Shown: in pieces, positions 11,301-20,000 of the stretch | Layout: every line of letters starts with the position of its first letter | Position numbering within the stretch: position 1 is the stretch's first letter | Notes under the pieces: model-generated | Seen by the model: the letters and a program-made list of their open reading frames with translations, nothing else | Database searches by the model: none | Told to the model about the DNA's origin: nothing | Translations under genes and position numbers: made by a program | Assembly (NCBI GenBank): GCA_010356995.1 | Contig: ML996690.1 | Span: 478,341-498,340, forward strand | DNA: 20,000 nt | DNA from: Trichodelitschia bisporula | Lineage: Eukaryota | Direction: 5' to 3'

Positions 11301-12877
11301 GAGAACTTATCCTGCAGCTTGAGCAGAAAGTGCCGGCGCATCAGCGCCCACACCTGCTGCCCAAAGTGCATGACATACACGCTGCGCCCAAACGAGTGGC
11401 GCTTGCCCGCCGCCACGGCGCGCAAAAAAGCATCGTGCACTTCTTCCTCAGCTACCAGCTGCTGCCGGTAGCTCGCTAGATCGGCACGCACCTGCGCCGC
11501 ATGCGGTGAGGCAGCGTAGGCGGCGGCCAGGGCCGTGGGCGTGGACGGCGTGTTGTGCGAGCCGTGACCTTCGGCGTACTCGCGCTCGAACGGATCGGTC
11601 ACGCCGGTGAGGAAATCAGGCGTTGTCTGGCGCGGCTTTGCCTGGAACCCGAGCTTTTGGAAGTAAGCGCGGGCGTCGCGGGCCGGGCCGAAGAAGACCT
11701 GCCGGCCTTGGTCGATGACGAGGACTTTGTCGAAGTGCGAGTAGATGTTTTCTGAGGCTTGGTAGAGCGAGACGAAGGTTGATGTCTTGTAGATGTCGGT
11801 TAGGATGCGCAGCGATTTGGCGTAGTCCAGTGCTGTGGAGGAGTCGAGGCCGCGCGTTGAGTTGTCCCATGAGCAGACTGATGCGCTGGTGACCATCATT
11901 TCCATGATGGACACGCGCTTGCGCTCACCACCGGATACACCTCGAACGAATTGGTCCCCGACCATGGTGTTACGTGTGTGCTGGCGAGGTCAGTCAGTGC
12001 CAAAAGGCGACACGGAAAGGGGGCTCACCTCCATATTAAACATCTTGAGCAGCATGTCGACGATACGCTCGCGGAACGCCCGCCTCGACAGGCCCGCAAT
12101 CTTTTTGCCCGGGATTTTCGTTTCCAGAGCAAAGGCGAGCGTCTGCGACACGCTGAGCGTGGGGTAGTGCACATCATCCTCGCCATTGTACACAGCCTCG
12201 CCGCGATACCGCTTCCCAAACGTTTTCGCATCGAACCGGCCGTAGAAAACCTCGCCATCGACGCCCGCGAACTCGAATCTCTGATTCGCAATGGTCTTCA
12301 AGAACGTCGAGCACCCGCTCCCCGGTCGGCCGAGCACAAGCACCATCTCCCCCGGCTTCGCCACACCCATGAACCCGCTCAAGATATCGACCTCGGCCTT
12401 CTTTTCCTTTCTCACCAGCGGCCTCACCCACGCCCACGGATTAATCCAACCCACTAACACCCACCCAAACGTCTTCACGCCACCCCTCCCTAACCCAACC
12501 CCACGCACACGCAAATCCTCCCACCCCACCCCGACGCTCTTCCCCGGAATCCCCGCCTCCTCTTCGTCCCAACGCTTCCCGCGCAGCGTTTCCTCAAGGT
12601 TGAAGTGCTCCTCAGAGTCCGCCTCGATAGCCGTCTCAACATCGCCATGCTTCTCGAAATCATGTTCGCCATGGCGGGCCGCTTTGGATGCCTTGGACAG
12701 TTCGCGGCTCAGCTCAGCGAACTCGGCTTCTGCGCGCGCGACGTTGATGCCCGCCTCGGGGGACTTGGGCGAGGTGGGGGAGTAGCCGGTGCTGTATCTC
12801 GAGGAGGACGTGGAGGGCCGGTTGGTGGCCGAAGCGGTGCTGGGCTGCATCATTTCCTTTTCGCTGGCGGAGTCCAT
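8306..12877 (-). CDS. Full-size PDR/ABCG multidrug ABC transporter (NBD-TMD-NBD-TMD), ~1461 aa; exons 12877-12029, 11980-10869, 10826-10466, 10421-8388, 8335-8306
   Basis: NBD1: degenerate Walker A GRPGSGCST, signature VSGGERKRVSI, Walker B SWDNSTRGLD. NBD2: GASGAGKTT, LTVEQRKRVTIGVEL, LFLDEPTSGLD and NPAEWML. The C-terminus is YLNFNKR*. Four GT-AG introns with CTAAC/CTGAC branch sites (12028-11981, 10868-10827, 10465-10422, 8387-8336) splice to a 4386-nt frame. Confidence 0.96.
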
Positions 12878-13873
12878 GGCTGGAATTTGTGCTCGCGTTG
12901 TTGGCCTCTGGCTCTCCAGTCCGGAATTGACGGGTCAACGATGTCTTCTTTGCGAGTAGACACTGCTACGAGCGCGAAACGACTGAAGATATCCACGAAC
13001 GGGGAGAACCCAAAAGGCGCAAGGCAGCAATGATGACGTCGTCCCAGGCTGCCTCCAACGATACGAAGCACGTCTTGCGACGACGCGAGCCAAAATGATG
13101 AAATCGACTATCGCGAAACAAACGGCTGTCCAAGAGCCCAATTGCACGACAATGAGCGAGATTAACCGGTATTAGCCCCGATATCTCTAGGTCGCAGCCC
13201 GCGGGAAGCCAAGCGCATCTTATGTAGCAACCGGCCAGCGTGTAGGCAAACCGATACAGTCAAGTCATACCCGAACCCTGAAAACCAGCATCCCGTCCAA
13301 ACGGGATACACGCAAAGCTCCAATGCCCACTCGATGACTCCTCGCAGAGCCCTACGGTAAGATCCCACCTAAAGCAGACACCGTACCCGACCACGGCCCC
13401 GGCGCCCGCATGGCCACCCCCGCACTCATCACGCCCTGCAGCCCGCACCGGCAGCTCATGCCTGCCAGCCATGCAGGTGTTGCCGACGACCCGCGCCGAC
13501 CGCCGTTTCGACGCGGGGCGGGACGCGGGGGAGGGGCACTGGGCAGGGTAGGCGGGGTAAGCGAGAGATGCATCGCGCGAGTGGGGCCCGGGTCTCGGCC
13601 CGGGATGGGGCGAGCACGCCTTTGGGAGGCGATAGGAGAGAAGTAGATCTAGGAATGCCCTTGCTCGGCTGGGAGATACGGTAGTTGATGACTGGAGATG
13701 GCGGGGGGGTTGGAGTGAGGTTCAGGGCGGTTCGGGTGAACTACTGGCCGGCGGGAGGGGGGGAACACACAACCGCTACCCGTTGATAGTGATACTCTCT
13801 TGATGAGGAGGACTGTGGCACGTCATTCTTCTTTCTTCCGTACTTCCCAGGATCAGGATATCGCGTTAACACG

Positions 13874-13954
13874 AGCCGTGTCCAGGCAGAAAAACGGCGC
13901 AAACTGTATCGACAATCTTAGCCGAGCGTGTGACAAGCCGCGTCCAGGCAGAAA
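13874..13954. repeat. 19-bp direct repeat AGCCG[T/C]GTCCAGGCAGAAA, two copies with starts 62 bp apart
   Basis: Copies at 13874-13892 and 13936-13954 are 18/19 identical and lie about 1 kb upstream of the ABC transporter ATG. Confidence 0.8.
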
Positions 13955-15264
13955 GTCGCTCAATCGGTTTGCCCATCTGCAAGCAGCCGGGAGACCAAGT
14001 TACCGTACAACAGTCTCGACAGAGCCAGGATGCGGCTTGTACGGATTTACCGTAGCGCGCGTGTCGCCCAGATCTAATGCAGTAGTTCTGAGCTCATCCT
14101 CCGAGGACGGGGGGCACGGCATGCATTCGCTGCCGCCCGTTCCTCGCGCCGAGAGCGGAGCGGGGACGGTTTGCTGAGGTGACCAGTGAGATGGGCGGAT
14201 GCGTGATGTGGTTTGCGGTGAACTGAAGGAGTTTGACTTGCATGCGGTTCGCGCGCAATTGCTTAGGTAATCAATTGATCTTGTGGTTTTCGACCAATGG
14301 TGAAGGTCGATGTCTTGGCAGCCTTTGCCCATGTACCGTAACATCATGACGACTCAAAACTCGTCAAAGCTGCAACATTCCGTCTCTTGCTCCACTGTCA
14401 TCTCTTGGCATCGATGCTTTGACCAACCTAGGCCGCCGCTCCTCGAAACCTCGCGTGTGAACATCGCCATTCCTCCTCCGCCACCGTCCCTCCAACACGA
14501 CATCATCTTTCCCCGCAACCCAACCGCTGCCCACGGACCGTTATGGGCCGCGGGTGCACCGCAGCCGACGCGTGAGCAGCTCGAGAAACGCGGGGACACC
14601 GGATTCAGCCACGGGTCATTGGGCTCGAAGCGGTAGGGAGTGGCTTGGCCCGACGATTTCGGCCCAGGCACCGTTGCATCGCGTTCATTGCGGCGAAGAG
14701 AATTGGAGTATAGCCTTTGTACGTGCGGAGCAACAAGTGCAAAATCAAGATTTTATGAAAGACGAAGAGAGGAGAAGGAGGGGGAGCGGCGAAGCCATGC
14801 TAAAATACCTGCAAGTGTCCATCTGTCCCTTCTTCAAGTAAGAATGCTCCTTCCAACAGTAAGATGGACCTGCTTTAGGGCTGCATTATGCTTTGCCATT
14901 GTCGGCTGAAGCCGCAAGCATAGTCATGTAGCCCCTAACGCACTCTATCAAGCACATACGGCCATAGGTCGCAGACATATACCTGTGTCCGGGAAAATAG
15001 CCGCCAAATCCGGCGGTTTGTAACGGCGTTTCTAGAGCCAGATTTCCCCAATGCAGGCTTCCAAGAAGTCGGGCGCTTAGAGTGTTCAGTATCCCTGTTG
15101 ATGGCTAGCAAATTCCAGCGGACGAATTATATAAATCAGAAAATCTAAAAGCGGCTTACCCCGCATCGAGAATCAGCCCTCCGCCACTTTATATAGCTTC
15201 CGCCTCGTGCCCCTCTTGGGTCTCTATCGCTGCCGCCTCAATGCGTCCTCCCGCATGCCGCTTT

Positions 15265-15333
15265 TTCGTCTCGCCCACCCCTTCGTCTCGCCAGCCCTTT
15301 CGTCTTGCCCACTTCTTCATCTCGCTTTACCCC
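15265..15333. repeat. Degenerate ~17-bp minisatellite, 4 copies (TTCGTCTCGCCCACCCC-like)
   Basis: Units start at 15265, 15282, 15299 and 15316. Confidence 0.7.
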
Positions 15334-15684
15334 TTGCCTCGCCTACCTTTTCGCCTGATCTCGCCCTAGCAGCCACGCTGCCCGAGCACAGACTGCCTAC
15401 TTGGCTCGCGTGGGGCATTGAGGCGGGCCTGTCGGGCGCGCTGGCGGATGAGGACAGGGGCGTACGAGGGCTCGTTGCTGGGCCTTAAGTTGATTGGCGA
15501 CCGTAATATGCCGCACGGGTAGCACACGTTCGTGGCGCCAGATATTGGGAGCGCGAATTTCGGACGGCGTGCGCGGGAGGAGCCGTATCGGGGGGGGGGG
15601 GCAGCGTGCTGGTCAGCAGGGAGGTGGCGTCGGTGATTAGGCTGGCTTCCGAGGGGGGGCCAGTGCTATGGACGAAGCCACGGT

Positions 15685-15698
15685 GGGTTAGGGTTAGG
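15685..15698. repeat. Interstitial telomere-like tract GGGTTAGGGTTAGG
   Basis: 14 nt with perfect TTAGGG periodicity; the minus strand reads CCTAACCCTAACCC. Confidence 0.6.
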
Positions 15699-16990
15699 AC
15701 GTCGGTGTGTGTGGGTTCTGCGGGCGCCTAGACGAGAAGTGAGAGTAGGGAGGTACGAGGGTCACGAACTGGCGGAGGTTTCGGCGGTGCTGCGAGGGGG
15801 TCGGGAACTGCGGGTAGTTTTGCTTGCGTCCACCGGATGAGTTGCTGCAGCTGCTGGTAGTAGACTGGTAGTAGTAGAGGTTATCCGTTAGGCCGCAGGA
15901 GGGGCTGTGCGGGAGAGGTTGCTAGAAGGGCCGCTGCGTGAAGGTGCGGGGGGTGGTGGGGTAGTTGCCGGTGAAGGTTTGCACACCGGGAACGATACGC
16001 TGATACGTAAGGCTTTGCGCGGCGTGACTTGCTGCGGGTATGCCTAGGTGATTTCCGATAGCCCATCCGACGAGGGGAGAGCTGGGCGCGGTTTATTGGC
16101 AAACGAAGAGGTGGTGGGATGGGGAACTTGCGAGGCCGGGAATGCGATGGATACGGGCCACGTGGGGCCGCTTGATGGACGGGAGGAGCCGCTAGGCTAG
16201 TTCGAGGGGAAGCGAGGCGCTGTCTAGCACTTCAACCTTTTGCCAATGTTGGTCTGTTGACGACAAGTTGTGGAGTTTGTGGATGGACAATCGTTTCTCC
16301 TCGATGGGGATGAGGCCTTCCCTTCGCAGTTGGAATGGCCGCACGCTCCCGCGGGCTCAATTATTCCACGGTACTGTATGTTTCTCGAGTCCAGCGCTGA
16401 CGACATGATGCAACATGACTGATACGATGTCGTCTGCTCAACTCCAATCGAGCCTTCAATCCAGCACCAGGACGCTTGCTAACACCCATCTCACACATTA
16501 TCCGGCCACCCCTTCCACAGAATCAACTACGTATCTCCTCCATCAGAACAGTCTGTATGCCCCCTCTGTCCCTCACTGCGCTGCCAAACTCCCACCCAAA
16601 ACCATGACCGCCACTCCGGCATCCTCCCGAGCCTGTTTATGCTCGAGCCCTGGTCAGTCTCGATATCCCGTACAGCACCTACGACGTGGGCATAGATGAC
16701 GCAAGCAGCGTGGGCGATGCACATGGATGAACAACCGGGTATATCCTCCAGCGAAGTCTTCGTCTATGAACTGATCAGTCGGTAGGAGAACTTGATGCCC
16801 CGTAGCATGTGGCTGTGTCTCCTTCAATCTCGTCCTCCTCTCCGCGCCCAACAGCTCACAGCCTCATTCTTGGCATTCTGCCCCGCAGTTGAGCTCAGCT
16901 CGAAGCCCCAAAGCCTCGCCTTTAATCTCCAGTTCCACTCCTGCATTTTCACAAGTCCGCAATTTCTTGACTAGCATCATTATTTCCAAG

Positions 16991-19900
16991 ATGCCACCTG
17001 CAAAGCAGATCCGGACACGGGGCCACTTCTGTACCTCTTCCGGCCTTTCACGACCCTCCTCACCTGTTGCTGGCGAGACCACCACACCTGCCCCCACGAG
17101 CAGTGTCGGCCAGACCTCATCTTTACCACTTGCCCCTCAGAGAGCCACTAACAGTGGGCCAGCCCGCCGACTTCGTCATGAAGACTATACAATAGGATGG
17201 ATATGCGCTCTCCCGATGGAACTTGCGGCAGCTCAAGAGATGCTAGATGAGGAACATCAGAGTCTCCCTCAGAATGCGGCTGATTCCAACGTCTATGTGC
17301 TTGGCCGCATCGGTGGACACAATGTCGTGATTGCGTGCCTACCCGTAGGCCAAATGGGAACCAATGCGGCAGCCTCGGTTGCTACCCAGATGCAGTTGGC
17401 ATTCAGCTCTGTCCGGCTCGGCCTGATAGTGGGCATCGGAGGTGGTGTGCCGAGTACAGCTGATGTACGGCTTGGGGATGTCGTCGTCAGTCAACCGTTC
17501 AAGGATCACGGCGGAGTAGTGCAGTACGACTTCGGCAAGACGACACCATACAAGTTTGAACGGACTGGATCCCTCAATTCTCCCCCGCAGGTCTTCCTGA
17601 AGGCGATAGCAAGCCTAGAGGCCAATAACCTCCGAGAGAGAGTCGGGTTCTTACACTCTCTTTCGAAGCTCGCCCAGTACCCAAGATTTGCACGGGACAA
17701 AGCCGGACCAGATGATTTATACCGCGTTACCTACAATCATGAGGGAGGACCTGACGACTGCCAGAAGTGCCGGAAAGAGTACGTGGTACGGCGGCAGCCG
17801 CGCGGCGACGATGTTGTTGTCCATTACGGCACCATAGCCTCCGGGAACCAAGTCATGCGCGATGCCAAGGAACGAGACAAAGTCAGCAGGAAGCTTGGAG
17901 GCGTACTCTGTTTTGAGATGGAGGCGGCGGGGCTCATGAACAGTTTTCCGTGCCTTGTTGTGCGGGGAATCTGCGACTACTCTGACTCGCATAAGAACAA
18001 GAGCTGGCAGCCGTACGCGGCGGGGACGGCGGCAGCGTACGCTAAAGAGCTTCTATTGTTGGTTCCGCCGGCCAAAGTCGAAATGCCAGAGGATCCACCC
18101 GCGCCGGCAATGCTCCTAAATTTGCCCAGGGCTGCAGACACACCATCCAACCCATACGAGCGGAAAAAATCGCCTTGCTTGACTGGTACCCGAGTTGAAC
18201 TTCTCGAAAAGATATACGCCTGGGCTTACGGGGAGAATTCACCAAACATTTTCTGGTTGAGTGGTTTAGCTGGCACCGGCAAGTCCACCGTGGCTCAAAC
18301 TTTGGCCACTGAATGTTTTGAGAAGGGAAGACTTGGAGCCAGCTTCTTCTTCTCGCGAAGTGGCGCAGATGTCCGACATGCCGGCAAGTTCGTGACAAGC
18401 ATCGCAGCACAACTTGCGGACAATGTGCCCGGGGCAAAGCCGTCTCTCTGCAAGGCACTGAAGGAGCGGGATACCATCGCTGAAGAGCCTATCCGCAGTC
18501 AGTGGCATCATCTCATCCTCGGTCCCATGTCGAAGCTCGAAGGCGACACCTCCTCTGCTCGGTACATCCTGGTGGTCGATGCCCTGGACGAATGCGAGGG
18601 CGAGGACGACATAGGGGAAATTCTGAATCTCTTTCGGTCGCTGAAGAAAACCCGGCTCCGGCTGTTTTTAACGAGTAGACCTGATGTGCCAATCCGGTTT
18701 CCTTTATCCGAAATGCCAACAAGCGAGCACCTGGACTTTGTGCTCCACGACATTAAGAAGTCGACTGTTGACAATGATATCCGCTTCTTCCTACGGCACG
18801 AGCTCGAGCGTTTAGCCCGCAAACACTCTTTTGACAAAGATTGGCCAGGCGAGCAAGCCATCGACTCTCTTGTCCGGAACGCCAGTGGCCTGTTCATCTG
18901 GGCTGAAACCGCATGCCGCTTTGTTCAACAAGGAAGAATATTGGCTCCCAAGAAACTAGGCTTGATCCTCGATCAAAGCCACAGTACTGTCAAAGGGCCA
19001 GAGCAGCATCTCGACGAGATCTATGCAACTGTTCTTCGCCAATCCCTTACCAAATATGAAGGCGATGATGCAGAGGAGGTGCGATCCACATTGAAGGAAC
19101 TGCTTGGAGGCATCGTGATCCTGTTCAATTCACTTTCCATCCCGTCCTTGGGCAGGCTACTCGGCCAGAATGTGGGACAGGCACTGGGTGATCTTCACGC
19201 CATTTTGGACATTCCAAAGGACATTCGAAAGGAACCAGGTGACGCACTCCGTTTACATCACCCTTCGTTCCGTGACTTCCTTCTCAATGCAGGGAGAAGC
19301 GGGAAGACAGGTCTCTGGGTTGATGAAGAGCAAGCGCATCAAGCCCTTGTCACGAAGTGCATACAAGTAATGTCTAACTTCCTCAAGCAGGATATCCTTG
19401 GAATAGGTCGGTTTGGTGCACTTGTGACAGAGGTCGAACGTCATAGGGTTGAAGGGTCCCTCCATCCTGAGAAGCAGTATGCATGCCTCTACTGGATACA
19501 GCATCTTCATAAGAGTGGATCTCAGCTCAACGATGACGGTGAAGTTCATCAGTTCCTGAAGAAGCATCTCCTTAATTGGCTTGAGGCGCTTGGATGGATG
19601 CAAAAGGTTTCCGAAGGGTTCCATGCCATCGTGTCTTTAGAGTCCATGATATCGGTAAGCTGGACGTAAAGCAGAGTGGGGATATTTGGCTGACACTTGG
19701 CTCAGGCGCAGAGGTGTCCGCGACTATCGGAGTTTGTTCATGACATGAAACGATTTGTCCTCTACAACCGGTTACCCATCGAACTAGCTCCCTTGCAGAC
19801 ATATTGCAGCGCGCTGGTATTTTCCCCGACAGCAAGTCTTGTAAAAAGGCGGTTTCAAAGCCAAATGCCTCTGTGGATGCCCGGACTACCGCAGGTTAGG

Positions 19901-20000
19901 GACAACTGGGATGCCTTGCTGCATACGCTCGAGGGCCATTCGGAAGTGGTCTACGCCGTGGCCTTCTCGCCGGACGGCAAGCAGCTGGCGTCGGCATCGG
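16991..20000 (+). CDS. Fungal NLR (STAND) protein: PNP_UDP nucleoside phosphorylase/nucleosidase domain - NACHT - WD40 repeats (HET-E/HNWD-like), 3'-partial; exons 16991-19654 and 19706->20000
   Basis: PNP_UDP motifs YTIGWICALPMELAAA, VGIGGGVP, DVRLGDVVVS, CFEMEAAG and RGICDYSDSHKNK. NACHT motifs CLTGTR, Walker A GLAGTGKST (18263-18289), Walker B ILVVDALDEC, LTSRP, GLFIWA and HPSFRDFL. After a 51-nt intron 19655-19705 (GTAAGC..CTGAC..CAG) the frame continues APLQTYCSALVFSP and reaches the first WD40 repeat, TLEGHSEVVYAVAFSPDGKQLASAS. Confidence 0.95.

Larger units (their letters stand above)
15173..16231 (-). pseudogene. Possible decayed Pro/Ser/Thr-rich reading frame with no recognisable family
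   Basis: One minus-strand frame spans ~353 codons with five internal stops (TAA 15881, TAG 15728, TAA 15485, TGA 15317, TAG 15224) and CTA runs that would revert to poly-Pro CCA. This is weak evidence in GC-rich DNA. Confidence 0.22.

Noticed and set aside
14310..14909. Two same-frame ORFs (108 and 89 aa) separated by one TAG, suggesting read-through or a pseudogene
   Set aside because: No recognisable domain, signal peptide or splice pattern; compatible with chance.
15001..15035. CCGCC-N6-GGCGG hairpin followed by CTAG, resembling a Helitron 3' end
   Set aside because: The stem is short, CTAG is followed by A rather than T, and there is no RepHel remnant or identifiable 5' end.
16991..18180. 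Amyloid signalling motif (HET-s PFD, PP or sigma type) in the NLR, with an adjacent HeLo/HELL effector gene
   Set aside because: The N-terminus and the PNP-NACHT linker are Pro/Ser/Thr-rich without N/Q/G pseudo-repeats, and no such effector ORF is visible upstream.

Overview
GC-rich filamentous ascomycete (Pezizomycotina-like) genomic DNA with very short GT-AG introns. In order: the 3' part of the mRNA-capping RNA triphosphatase gene CET1 (+); an intronless COX10 heme O synthase (+); a disrupted aquaglyceroporin pseudogene (+) that the ORF track misses; a two-exon atypical short-chain dehydrogenase (-); an intact five-exon PDR/ABCG multidrug transporter (-, ~1461 aa); about 4 kb with no convincing gene, holding short repeats, a 14-nt telomere-like tract and possibly a decayed reading frame; and a fungal NLR immune receptor (PNP_UDP nucleosidase-NACHT-WD40) that runs off the right edge. 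The best leads are the NLR with an apparently intact nucleosidase effector, the reconstructable aquaglyceroporin pseudogene, and the unexplained 15.0-16.2 kb segment. I cannot demonstrate a genuinely new system from this sequence alone.
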